The notes below the pieces were generated by a model that was given only the letters and a program-made list of their open reading frames with translations, was not told the origin of the DNA and made no database searches. Both the position numbers and the translations under genes were made by a program. DNA of 64,000 bases. It comes from Candidatus Nitrospinota bacterium M3_3B_026. GTDB taxonomy: Bacteria > Nitrospinota_A > UBA7883 > JBPRGF01. Positions within the stretch are counted from its first letter, which is position 1; each line of letters opens with the position of its first letter. This document shows positions 36,276-45,692 of the stretch, piece by piece. Where the stretch lies: the NCBI GenBank assembly GCA_051418015.1, contig JBPRGF010000031.1, positions 64,001 through 128,000 of the forward strand. Direction: 5' to 3'.

Positions 36276-38251
36276 TGTCCGCCCTCCTTTTCGAGCTTGG
36301 GAACAACGCAGGCCATGCCGACTATGTAGCAGCGCATGCACCTGGCCGCCTCCTCCATCGCCTGTTCCTGGGTGTAGCCGATCTCCACCTCCTCGAAGGT
36401 TTTCAGCTTCTTCTCCCGGTCGCAGATCGGCATCGGCTTGCGCTTCCAGCCGTCCGGCTGGGGTATCACCTCGTCCTTGTCGTAGGCGCCGATCCCGGAG
36501 ATGATCTTCTCCAGTATCTGATCGTCGGTTATCCTCACCGGCTCGCCGTTCAGGTACTGGCTGATGCTCTGGGCGGCGCGCCTGCCGTGCCCGACGGCGG
36601 TGACAAGCGTCAGCGGGCCGGTCACGCAGTCGCCACCGGCAAAGACGTCCGGGACGTCGGTCCTCAACGTGTCGTCGTCCACCACGGGGTTGTCCCACTT
36701 GGTGATCTTTATCCTGTCGTCCTCTTTCAGGTAGAAGATGTCGCAATCCTGCCCGATGGCCGATATCACGCAGTCGCAGTCTATGACATGCTCTGAGCCC
36801 TCTATCGGCACAGGCCGCCTCCTGCCGCTGTCGTCGGGGGGGCCAAGCTCCATCTTCACGGACTCAAGCCCGACGACCTTGCCGTCCTTGGCGATGAGGC
36901 TTTTCGGCGCCTCCAGGAACATGTACTCAACACCCTCGTCCAGCGACTCGTGATACTCGTGCGGGTCGGCGGGCAACTCTTTTTCGGTTCTGCGGTAGAC
37001 GACGGTGACCTTCGAGCCGAGCCGGGCGAAGGTCCGGGCGCAGTCCATGGCCGTGTTGCCGCCGCCGACGACGAGGACATGCTCGCGATGCGGGACGGGG
37101 CAGGTGTTGAGCTTTATCATCTTCAGGATGTCCACGCCGGGATAGAAGCCGTCGTAGCCCTCCTTCTCGCCCTCGACCCTCATGTCCTTGGGTATGTCGC
37201 CGCCGGTGGCCAGGTATATCGCCTTGAAGCCGCTGTCCCGCAGGCTCTTGAACGTCTCGTCCCTGCCGAAGTGTACTCCGAATTTAAACTCCACCCCAAG
37301 GCTCTCGACGTACTCCCACTCGCGCCTCAGGACCTCGTTGGGGATGCGGTACTGCGGGATGCCCGTGTAGGCCGCGCCGCCGGCGCCGTCGAGCTTCTCG
37401 AAGATCGTAACCCGGAACCCCATCAGCGCGAGGTAATAGGCGCAGGAGACACCCGAAGGCCCGCCGCCGATGATGGCCACCTTCTCTTCCCGGGCATGCA
37501 TGTTGGGATTGGAGGGAGGCTCCGCCTCGCTCAGGTCCTCGTAGTCCCAGGCGAACCTCTTGATCTTGCAGATGGCCAGCGGCTCGTCCACGTTGGCCCG
37601 GCGGCAGTTGTTCTCGCACGGGTGAAAGCAGGCCCGGCCGAGGGAGTTGGCCATGGGGCTGGCTTTGCGGATGGTGGCCAGCGACCCGGCGAAATCCTCT
37701 TCTTTGACCTGTTCTATATATAAAGGTATGTCCATTCCCGTGGGGCAGGCCGACGTGCAGGGCGCGGTCATCTTGTACGGATACTGGAACCCGCCCTTCT
37801 TTCTGGCCCCGGCGGCGGCCTTCATGAAGTCCCTGTCGAAATGCTTCAGGGCGTCCGCTATCGGCTCCGGGCCGAGCTGGCCTATGCCGCACTTGGAGTT
37901 TTTGGAGACGGAGTCGATGAGCGTCTCCAGCCGCTCCAGGTCCTCCCTGGAGCCTGAGCCCTCGGATATTTTGAAGAGGATATCCTCCATCACCTTCGTG
38001 CCCACCCGGCAGGGGAAACACTTGGCGCAGGAGCTGGCCTGCAACGCCCTGGCATAATGATACGCCGCCTCCACAGCGTCGAAGGGCTCTTTGACGGCGA
38101 TCACCCCGCCCCAGCCTATGAAGCCGGTCATGTCCCGGTCCTTGTCAAAAGCCTCCGGCAGCTTGACCCTGGGGGCGTCGGCCCACTCTTCGGGGGCCTT
38201 TCCCCTGTTGTCCACGATCTCGCCGAGCCAGGAGCTGAACAGAACTTTCAT
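36272..38251 (-). CDS. sfrB: SfrB-like NADPH oxidoreductase flavoprotein (NuoF-type 4Fe-4S domain + GltD-like domain)
   Basis: MKVLFSSWLGEIVDNRG N-terminus, SCAKCFPC, APCTSACP, GGGPSG, GGGNTAMDCAR, YRRT, RCMRCY terminus. Confidence 0.87.
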   Translation of the reverse strand: MKVLFSSWLGEIVDNRGKAPEEWADAPRVKLPEAFDKDRDMTGFIGWGGVIAVKEPFDAVEAAYHYARALQASSCAKCFPCRVGTKVMEDILFKISEGSGSREDLERLETLIDSVSKNSKCGIGQLGPEPIADALKHFDRDFMKAAAGARKKGGFQYPYKMTAPCTSACPTGMDIPLYIEQVKEEDFAGSLATIRKASPMANSLGRACFHPCENNCRRANVDEPLAICKIKRFAWDYEDLSEAEPPSNPNMHAREEKVAIIGGGPSGVSCAYYLALMGFRVTIFEKLDGAGGAAYTGIPQYRIPNEVLRREWEYVESLGVEFKFGVHFGRDETFKSLRDSGFKAIYLATGGDIPKDMRVEGEKEGYDGFYPGVDILKMIKLNTCPVPHREHVLVVGGGNTAMDCARTFARLGSKVTVVYRRTEKELPADPHEYHESLDEGVEYMFLEAPKSLIAKDGKVVGLESVKMELGPPDDSGRRRPVPIEGSEHVIDCDCVISAIGQDCDIFYLKEDDRIKITKWDNPVVDDDTLRTDVPDVFAGGDCVTGPLTLVTAVGHGRRAAQSISQYLNGEPVRITDDQILEKIISGIGAYDKDEVIPQPDGWKRKPMPICDREKKLKTFEEVEIGYTQEQAMEEAARCMRCYIVGMACVVPKLEKEGGQ

Positions 38252-38422
38252 AAACAGGAGACGGTCAGGTTTTCAAAAGAGTCGCGTTTGACATTCGCTC
38301 TCGTTCCGGCGCATGAATCTTTCGCATGTTCAAATCCGAGCGACGTTTATTGCAGAGAATCTCACGATCCAACCGGGCGCGCGAAGAAGCCCCCCCGAAC
38401 TTTCCTGAGCGCCGGATTGTGA

Positions 38423-38451
38423 TTTATAAACAAAGAGAGAGGAGAAATCAA
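38423..38451 (-). promoter_or_regulatory. Sigma70-like promoter for the sfrBA-nuo operon
   Basis: TTGATT, 17 bp, TATAAA on the minus strand in an AT-rich intergenic segment. Confidence 0.5.
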
Positions 38452-38663
38452 GCCTAAATTTAGATAAATTTTCAATCAAAAGGATTCCGCGCCTGGCCTT
38501 TTGCTTCCGGCGGCCGCGAAAACCGCGGCGCGCGGGCGCGATATCGTTCGGCGAAAAGGCATGATATTATTGAGTCATCGCTAAAACCAGAAGCCAGGCG
38601 GCCGGCGCGGATGGGGGGGGGCCGCGGATGATTTCTTCAGACCGCGCGGGCCGGGACGATAAT

Positions 38664-41420
38664 ATGAGCGACGCCGAATATCCAGCGAAGGAAAGGTTCA
38701 CCTCCGACATCACGCGAGGGTACGTCCTTGCCCTGGGGCTTATCGCGTCTCTCGTGCTCTCGGCTTACTGGGCTCATCACAGGTACGTTCAGGCTCTGGA
38801 GGCGGGCTCTTCGCTGATAAACATAAGCGGCCGCCAGAGGATGCTCTCGCAGAGGGTGGCGCTTTTCTCCCTTCGCCTCAGCGGCGCGGACACCGCCGAG
38901 GAGCGGGAAAACGCCCGTATGAAATTGCTGGAGGCGCTGGCCCTGATGGAGGAGAGTCACCGCGGGCTGATCGAGAAAGCCGTCTCTCCAGCCGCCCGGG
39001 CCATCCTGTTCGAAGACCCCGTCCGGCTGGATGAGCGCGTCAAGGTGTTCCTCGCGGAGGCCGGAGCCCTCGCCGACGAGCCGCCGTCTGGCCCCGGCGC
39101 CGCCGATCCGCGCCTCGCCCGGATACTCGCCGCCGCCGAGGGGCCGCTGGTGGACGGGCTGGACGCTTTCGTCGGGGCGTTCGAGCAGTCCAGCGAAGAG
39201 GCGACCGCGTTCATGGACAAGCTCCAGCTTGGCGCGGCGGCGCTGATACTGATCGTTCTGGGCGTGGAGGGTGTCTTTATTTTCAAGCCCATGGCGCGCC
39301 GGGTCGGCGAGAGGACGGCGCGTCTTCTGAAAAACGAAAAAGAGCTCAGGCTCATCACCTCCACCATGGGCGAAGGGCTGTATGTGACCGATAGCGCCGG
39401 GCTGATAACCTTCGTGAACCCAGAGGCGGAGCGCCTGCTGGGGTTCGAGAAAGGAGAGCTTCTGGGAGAGCGGGCGGCGGGCGTGGAAAGGGAATATTGC
39501 AACGGAGTGTTCGACCCGGAGGAGGCCGCGGGGAACGGCGGAGCGGCGGGGTGCAGGTCGGAGGACGCTGTCTTTTTCCGCAAGGATGGCGAGGCGTTCC
39601 CCGCCTCCTGCGTCTGTACGCCGATAGAGGAGAAAAGCGGGATAAAAGGCTTTGTAACGGTTTTCCGGGACATCACCGCGCGGAGGATGGCCGAGGAGGA
39701 GCTGCGCAAGGCCCGGGACGAGCTGGAGGATCGGGTAAAGGAGGCGACGGCTGAGCTGATGGCGGCCAACGAGCATCTCCGGCTGGAGGTGGCCGACCGC
39801 AAGAGGGCGGAGGAGGCGCTCCGCGAGTCCGAGGAGAAGTACCGCGTCCTCATAGAGCGCGCCAACGACGGGATCGTCATAATTCAGGACGGCGTCATCA
39901 AGTATATGAACCCCTCCGCTTTCGAGATGATCGGGTACGGCCCGGAGGAGGCTCTGGGGGCCGATTTCACGAAATTAGTCCATCCCGAGCATCTGCCAAT
40001 CGCGGTGGAGCGCTACAGGCGCCGCATGGCGGGCGAGGACGTCCCGGCGGTGTACGAGACGAAGCTTCTTCACAAGAACGGAGACATGGTGGACGTGGAG
40101 GTCAACGCGGGGCTCGTGGACTATGAGGGCGGGCCCGCGGACATGGTGTTCCTTCGCGACATCGCGGAAAGGAAACGCGCGGAGATGGAGGTCCGCTCGG
40201 CCCACGCCGAGACCGAGCAGCTGCTTGGCGCCGTCCCCTCGATCCTGATCGGGGTGGACGACAATCAGAGGGTTACGCGATGGAACAAGGCGGCGGAGAC
40301 CGTTTTCGGGATCGGGGCGGAAGACGCCATCGGGAAAAAGTTCTTCGAACTCGGCATAAAATGGGACTGGGACGCCGTGTCGAAACAGCTTTCCGGCTGC
40401 CTCGCCGGCGGCGGCATGTGCCGCATCGACGACATCCCCTATATCCGCCCCGACGGCAAGAACGGCTTTCTGGGGTTCACCTTCACGCCCATATACACGG
40501 ACTCGGGCAATTTCGGCGCGTTCCTGGCCCTGGGGGCGGACATAACGGACAGGAAGATACTGGAGGGCCAGCTCGCCCAGGCCCAGAAGCTCGAGTCCAT
40601 AGGCCAGCTGGCCGCGGGGATAGCCCACGAGATAAACACCCCAACCCAGTACGTCGGCGACAACATCCGGTTTTTCCACGACGTTTACGAGGACTTCGTC
40701 AAGCTGCTCGAAGCCTACGGCGAGTTGCTGGAGGCGGCGAAGAATGGGCGGGTCACGGAGGACATCGCCGAGAAGGTGGAAAAAACCGCCGAGGAGATAG
40801 ATATCGAGTACCTGCTGGAGGAGATACCAAAGGCCATAGAACAGTCCCTGGCGGGCGTGGAGCGGGTGGCGAAAATCGTCCGCGCCATGAAGGAGTTCTC
40901 GCACCCCGGCGCGGAGGAGAAGGCGGCGATGGACCTGAACAAGGCCATAGAGAGCACCATCACCGTGGCGAGGAACGAGTGGAAATACGTGGCGGAGATG
41001 GAGACCGACTTCGACCAGTCGCTGCCGTCCGTTCCCATCCTGCCCGGGGAGTTCAACCAGGTGATCCTGAATCTCATAATAAACGCCGCCCATGCCATAG
41101 CGGACGTCGTGGGCGACGGCGGCGGCGGCAAGGGAAAAATAAAAATCTCCACCCGGAAAAAGGAGGGGTATGCCGAGATACGAATCTCCGACACGGGAGG
41201 CGGCATCCCGGACGATATAACCCACAGGATATTCGACCCTTTCTTCACGACGAAGGACGTCGGGAAGGGGACGGGGCAGGGGCTTGCCATCGCGCGGTCG
41301 GCGATAGTGGACAAGCACAACGGGAAGATAACCTTCGACACCGAGCCGGGCAGAGGTACGACGTTCATGGTCCGCCTGCCGCTCGGCGATGAGGCGTCTT
41401 CGGCGAGGGAGGGCATGTAA
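38664..41420 (+). CDS. Membrane sensor histidine kinase: NarX/PilJ-type periplasmic domain, 3 PAS domains, NtrB-type kinase
   Basis: INISGRQRMLSQR P-box-like motif between two TM segments; PAS repeats; AGIAHEINTP, NLIINA, DTGGG, FFTTK, GTGQGL. Confidence 0.92.
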   Translation: MSDAEYPAKERFTSDITRGYVLALGLIASLVLSAYWAHHRYVQALEAGSSLINISGRQRMLSQRVALFSLRLSGADTAEERENARMKLLEALALMEESHRGLIEKAVSPAARAILFEDPVRLDERVKVFLAEAGALADEPPSGPGAADPRLARILAAAEGPLVDGLDAFVGAFEQSSEEATAFMDKLQLGAAALILIVLGVEGVFIFKPMARRVGERTARLLKNEKELRLITSTMGEGLYVTDSAGLITFVNPEAERLLGFEKGELLGERAAGVEREYCNGVFDPEEAAGNGGAAGCRSEDAVFFRKDGEAFPASCVCTPIEEKSGIKGFVTVFRDITARRMAEEELRKARDELEDRVKEATAELMAANEHLRLEVADRKRAEEALRESEEKYRVLIERANDGIVIIQDGVIKYMNPSAFEMIGYGPEEALGADFTKLVHPEHLPIAVERYRRRMAGEDVPAVYETKLLHKNGDMVDVEVNAGLVDYEGGPADMVFLRDIAERKRAEMEVRSAHAETEQLLGAVPSILIGVDDNQRVTRWNKAAETVFGIGAEDAIGKKFFELGIKWDWDAVSKQLSGCLAGGGMCRIDDIPYIRPDGKNGFLGFTFTPIYTDSGNFGAFLALGADITDRKILEGQLAQAQKLESIGQLAAGIAHEINTPTQYVGDNIRFFHDVYEDFVKLLEAYGELLEAAKNGRVTEDIAEKVEKTAEEIDIEYLLEEIPKAIEQSLAGVERVAKIVRAMKEFSHPGAEEKAAMDLNKAIESTITVARNEWKYVAEMETDFDQSLPSVPILPGEFNQVILNLIINAAHAIADVVGDGGGGKGKIKISTRKKEGYAEIRISDTGGGIPDDITHRIFDPFFTTKDVGKGTGQGLAIARSAIVDKHNGKITFDTEPGRGTTFMVRLPLGDEASSAREGM

Positions 41421-42653
41421 GTGGAGGAGCATAAAAAGAGCGTCCTTTTCGTGGACGACGAGCCGAAGATACTGGACGGCCTGCGGCGGATGCTCCGGGG
41501 GATGCGCGGCAAGTGGGACATGGCCTTCGCCAAAAGCGGCCCCGAGGCGCTTCAGATGCTCGCCGAAGAACCGTTCGACGTCATCGTCACCGACATGCGG
41601 ATGCCGGGGATGGACGGGGCCCAGCTTCTGGACGAGGTCTCGAACCGCTATCCCCAGATAGTGCGGATAGTCCTCTCCGGCCAGTCGGACAGGGAGATGA
41701 TCTTCAAGTCCGTCGGCCCCGCGCACCAGTATCTTACAAAACCCTGCGACGCGGACACGCTGAAAGCCGTCGTGGGGAAAGCCTGCGCCCTGCGCGACAT
41801 ACTGAAGGAAGAGACCGTGAAAAAGATGGTCTCCCGGATAAAATCCCTGCCCAGCATCCCTTCCCTCTACTTCGAGCTGATCGAGGAGATAGAAAACCCC
41901 GAAGGCTCCATGGCCGCCATAGGCGGGATAATCTCCAAGGACCTGGGGATGACCGCCAAGATACTGCAGCTTGTCAACTCCGCTTTCTTCGGCCTGCCCC
42001 AGCGCGTCTCCAGCCCCGCCCAGGCGGCCAGCCTCCTGGGCCTGGATATAATCAAGGCGCTGGTGCTTTCCACTGGTATATTCTCGCAGTTCGAAAAAAC
42101 GAGGGTCCCCGGCTTTTCCATGGATGAGCTGTGGCGCCACAGCGGGGCCGCCGCCGTCTGCGCAAAGGAAATCGCCAAGACGGAAGGGGTGGACGGGAAG
42201 ACGATCGACGATTCCTTCATGGCCGGGATGCTCCACGACGTGGGGATACTCATCCTGGCGTCCAACTTCCCGGAAGAGTATGGAGAAATCCTCAAGCTCG
42301 CCGAAAAGGAGGACCTGAAGCTCTCCGCGGCGGAGACTCGCGTCCTGGGGACGAGCCACGCCGAGGTCGGCGGCTACCTGCTGGGCCTGTGGGGCCTGCC
42401 GGACGTCATCGTGGAGGCGGCCTTTTTCCACCACGCGCCCGGGAAAGCCGACCCCGCCGGGTTCTCCCCCCTCGTGGCGACCCACGTCGCAAGCAGCCTG
42501 GAAGGAGAGGTGAGCAGGTCCAGGACGATGAGAACCGTCGGGGGGGTGGACGAGGATTTCCTCGCCTCCATCGGCCTTGCGGAAAGGCTGCCTGTGTGGA
42601 GGGAGGCGTGCGGCACGGTGCTGCGGAAAAGAGAGGAAAATGACGAAAACTAG
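41421..42653 (+). CDS. Response regulator with HDOD output domain
   Basis: REC domain (FVDDE, TDMRMPGMDG); LPSIP, ILQLVNSAFFG, LWRHS, GMLHDVG, HAEVGGYLLGLWGLP. Confidence 0.92.
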   Translation: MEEHKKSVLFVDDEPKILDGLRRMLRGMRGKWDMAFAKSGPEALQMLAEEPFDVIVTDMRMPGMDGAQLLDEVSNRYPQIVRIVLSGQSDREMIFKSVGPAHQYLTKPCDADTLKAVVGKACALRDILKEETVKKMVSRIKSLPSIPSLYFELIEEIENPEGSMAAIGGIISKDLGMTAKILQLVNSAFFGLPQRVSSPAQAASLLGLDIIKALVLSTGIFSQFEKTRVPGFSMDELWRHSGAAAVCAKEIAKTEGVDGKTIDDSFMAGMLHDVGILILASNFPEEYGEILKLAEKEDLKLSAAETRVLGTSHAEVGGYLLGLWGLPDVIVEAAFFHHAPGKADPAGFSPLVATHVASSLEGEVSRSRTMRTVGGVDEDFLASIGLAERLPVWREACGTVLRKREENDEN

Positions 42654-43836
42654 GGAAAAAGTCCTCTGCGTGGATGACGACCCGAACATCCTCGACGCCT
42701 ACAAACGCAACCTGAGAAAACAGTTCGCCCTGGACACGGCCCTGGGGCCGGAGGAGGGGCTGGAGGCGGTGGCGCGGAAGGGCCCCTACGCCGTCGTTGT
42801 CTCCGACCTCAAGATGCCCGGCATGGACGGGGTGACGTTTCTGTCAAAGGTGGCCGAGACCGCGCCGGACACCGTGCGCGTGATGCTGACGGGCTACGCC
42901 GACGTGAACACGGCCATAAGCTCCGTCAACGAGGGGCGCATATTCCGTTTCCTGACGAAACCGTGCCCGCCGGATGAGCTGGCCAAAACGCTGGCGGCGA
43001 GCGTGGAGCAGTACCGCCTTGTCATGGCGGAGCGGGAGCTTTTGGAGAAGACCCTCAGCCGCAGCGTCAGGGTGCTGATAGACATCCTCGCCCTTGTGAA
43101 CCCGGCGGCCTTCAGCAAGGCCACGCGCCTGCGGCGCTACGTGCGGCATATGGCCGCCGAGCTTGAGCTTGCCGGGGCATGGCGGTATGAGCTGGCCGCC
43201 GCGCTGTCGCAAGTCGGCTGCGTGGCGCTGCCGACGGATACGCTGGAGAAGGCCGCCGTGGGCGAGGCCCTGACGGAGGAAGAAGAGAGGGCCTGGGCCT
43301 CCCACCCGGCCATGGCCGGGGAGTTGCTGAAGAAGATACCAAGGCTGGAGACTGTGGCGGAGATGATCGAAAACCAGCGGACGCCGTTCCGCGAGGTCTC
43401 CGCCGCCTGGCAGGGCGAGAAGATCGACCCCGTGGCGCTGGGCGGGCAGCTGCTCAAAACGGCGATCGATTTCGACAACCTCATCATGGAAGGCAAACCC
43501 ATCCAAAAAGCCGTGGCAAAACTCCTCGACGACCCTGGCGAGCGCAATCCCCTGCTGGTCACCGCTCTCAAGAACATCGTGATAAAAAAAGAAGGCTCTG
43601 TCCCCAAGCTCCTCAGGATAGGCGAGCTGGCGCCGGGCATGACGACGGCCGAGGACGTGCGGACGAAAAACGGCATACTCCTGACGTCAAAGGGCCAGGA
43701 GATAAACGAGCTTATCCTGCAGCGGCTGAAAAACTTCTGGCGCAACGGCGCCATCGACGGCCGCGTCAGGGTCCTGGTCCCGATGGACGAGACCGAAGGG
43801 GGCAAAAAAGAAGAACGGAAAACGGTGGAGGAATAA
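42640..43836 (+). CDS. Response regulator with degenerate HD-GYP-like output domain
   Basis: REC domain (CVDDD, SDLKMPGMDG, FRFLTKP); HD-type helices, but LSQVG replaces LHDIG and there is no GYP motif. Confidence 0.85.
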   Translation: MTKTREKVLCVDDDPNILDAYKRNLRKQFALDTALGPEEGLEAVARKGPYAVVVSDLKMPGMDGVTFLSKVAETAPDTVRVMLTGYADVNTAISSVNEGRIFRFLTKPCPPDELAKTLAASVEQYRLVMAERELLEKTLSRSVRVLIDILALVNPAAFSKATRLRRYVRHMAAELELAGAWRYELAAALSQVGCVALPTDTLEKAAVGEALTEEEERAWASHPAMAGELLKKIPRLETVAEMIENQRTPFREVSAAWQGEKIDPVALGGQLLKTAIDFDNLIMEGKPIQKAVAKLLDDPGERNPLLVTALKNIVIKKEGSVPKLLRIGELAPGMTTAEDVRTKNGILLTSKGQEINELILQRLKNFWRNGAIDGRVRVLVPMDETEGGKKEERKTVEE

Positions 43837-43839
43837 CCC

Positions 43840-44427
43840 ATGAGGCACAGGGTGCTTTTCGTAGACGACGACGCGAACATCACGGACGGCCTGAAAAGGG
43901 CTCTCCGGAGAGAGCCTTACGAAACGCTCACGGCCAACTCCGCCGAGGAGGCCTACAGGCTGATGAGCGAAAAGGAGGTGGACGTGGTGGTCTCCGACGA
44001 GAAGATGCCCCGCGTGTCGGGGACGGATTTCCTGTCGGTGGTGAGGCGCAAGTTCCCGGAAACCATCAGGATGATGCTGACCGGCCACGCGAGCCTGTCG
44101 AACATGAAGAAGGCGATCAACGAGGGGGAGGTCTACAGGTTTTTCACCAAGCCCGTCAACGACATCGAGCTGGCCGTCGCCATCCACCACGCGCTGAAAC
44201 AAAAGGACCTGATGGCGGAGGCCCGGAGGCTGCTTGGCTTGTACAGGAAGCAAAGCTCCCTGATCGAGAAGATGGAGCAGGAGGGGGCCGCCATACCACG
44301 GCTGGACGTGGACGAAAAAGAGGAGACCTGGTACATTGAGGACGAGCCGTCGGAGACGGATGTAGACAGGCTCTTGAAGGAGATCAGGGAGGAAACAAGG
44401 AAACGGGCGGGGGGCGGCGCGGACTGA
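43840..44427 (+). CDS. Response regulator (REC + coiled-coil tail)
   Basis: FVDDD, SDEKMP, YRFFTKP. Confidence 0.88.
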   Translation: MRHRVLFVDDDANITDGLKRALRREPYETLTANSAEEAYRLMSEKEVDVVVSDEKMPRVSGTDFLSVVRRKFPETIRMMLTGHASLSNMKKAINEGEVYRFFTKPVNDIELAVAIHHALKQKDLMAEARRLLGLYRKQSSLIEKMEQEGAAIPRLDVDEKEETWYIEDEPSETDVDRLLKEIREETRKRAGGGAD

Positions 44428-44535
44428 AAGCTCCCCCGCGCCCGCGCCGCCGGGAATCAAGGTTTTCATGGACTATCCCGCGTTTTTCCCTATAATATTA
44501 CCCTTGCGGGCGCCCCGGTGGGGCGTTCGTTTTTC

Positions 44536-44620
44536 GCCCTGGTGGTGGAACTGGTAGACACGCCATCTTGAGGGGGTGGTGGGGAGACCCGTTCCGGTTC
44601 GAATCCGGACCAGGGCACCA
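44536..44620 (+). tRNA. tRNA-Leu (anticodon GAG)
   Basis: Acceptor stem gccctgg/ccagggc plus ACCA; D-arm TGGTAGAC; anticodon stem ccatc/ggtgg with loop TTGAGGG; long variable arm; GGTTCGAATCC. Confidence 0.97.
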
Positions 44621-44656
44621 TAAAAAAAACATCGTCCGAGCCGCTTTTTCGATCAG

Positions 44657-44881
44657 ATGAAATCCCCAGGCAAGCGCCCGGCATTCAGCGGGCTGATCTC
44701 CGCCGTCTTCGCCGCCGCCGCCGTCTTTGTTTTCGGCATAACCACGTGGAACGTGTTGAAGTCGGGCGGCGAGCCGGTCTGGGCCGTCTTCTACGGCCTG
44801 CTGTATGGGGGGATCACTTTCCTGGTCGGGGTGTTCATCTCCTACCTGGAGACGCCGGGCGGAAAAGACAACGGCGGCTGA
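44657..44881 (+). CDS. Small two-TM membrane protein (74 aa)
   Basis: Two hydrophobic segments; host-like codon usage. Confidence 0.55.
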   Translation: MKSPGKRPAFSGLISAVFAAAAVFVFGITTWNVLKSGGEPVWAVFYGLLYGGITFLVGVFISYLETPGGKDNGG

Positions 44882-44920
44882 CGGGGACTTCGAGACTTTC
44901 GCGCGTCCGGCAGCGAATCT

Positions 44921-45667
44921 TCAGTTCTCCAGAATTTTCAGAATTTCCGGCAGGACCTCGCCGGAAGAGCCCAGCAGCGTGGCGTCGGCCTCGTGGGAGA
45001 TAGGCGTCGGCTCCAGGTTGACCTCGATCACCGCCGCGCCGCCGCTTTTGGCCAGCCCCGCCAGGCTCGCCGCCGGCTGGACGACGCCGGACGTGCCGAT
45101 GACGAAAAAGACGTCGGCCGACCGCGCCGCGCCGAAGGAGCGCTCGAGCACATGAGGGTCGAGCGCCTCGCCGAACCAGACTATGTGCGGGCGCAGCATC
45201 CCGCCGCAGTCCGGGCACCTTGGCGGCATCTCGGTAAGGGGCGTCTGGCGGTTCTCCATCACCGTCCCCTCGTAGAGGCACCTTGTGAACCAGATATTCC
45301 CGTGCATCTCCACGGGATCGGAGCTGCCCGCCAGGCGGTGGAGCCCGTCGACGTTCTGCGTCACCAGGGTGAAATCGTCGAAGATTCTCTCCATCCGCGC
45401 CAGGGCGTGATGGCCCGGGTTCGGCTTCAACGGGGCGATCAGGCCGCGGCGCCAGTCGTACCACCGCCAGACAAGCTCCGGGTCACGCTCGAAAGCCTCC
45501 GGCGTGGCCAGCTCCTCGGCCCGGTAGCTGTTCCACAGCCCCTCTTTTCCCCGGAAAGTCGGCACTCCCGACTCGGCGGACACCCCCGCCCCCGTCAGCG
45601 CCGCCACGCGTCTGGCGGCCCGGAGCTTTGCGGCAAGGTCTTCTGACAGGTTTTTCATAACGTTCAT
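44921..45667 (-). CDS. cobB: NAD-dependent protein deacylase (sirtuin)
   Basis: TGAGVSAESGVPTFRG, TQNVDGLH, HGNI, RPHIVWFGE, GTSGVVQPAA. Confidence 0.93.
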   Translation of the reverse strand: MNVMKNLSEDLAAKLRAARRVAALTGAGVSAESGVPTFRGKEGLWNSYRAEELATPEAFERDPELVWRWYDWRRGLIAPLKPNPGHHALARMERIFDDFTLVTQNVDGLHRLAGSSDPVEMHGNIWFTRCLYEGTVMENRQTPLTEMPPRCPDCGGMLRPHIVWFGEALDPHVLERSFGAARSADVFFVIGTSGVVQPAASLAGLAKSGGAAVIEVNLEPTPISHEADATLLGSSGEVLPEILKILEN

Positions 45668-45692
45668 CTTCGCAAGGAAAAGCCTATCATAA

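Noticed and set aside
38417..38433. Rex operator (ttgtgatttataaacaa) at the sfr-nuo promoter
   Set aside because: Only 17 bp, with a poor right half-site relative to TTGTGAA-N4-TTCACAA; insufficient support.
39975..42689. Long antisense/alternate-frame ORFs (e.g. 39975-42689, 55401-58121, 17588-19861, 34167-36329)
   Set aside because: They are shadows of real genes caused by high GC3 and have no recognisable domains.
44536..44620. tRNA-Leu as integration site of an island
   Set aside because: No adjacent integrase and no duplicated tRNA 3' end was seen.
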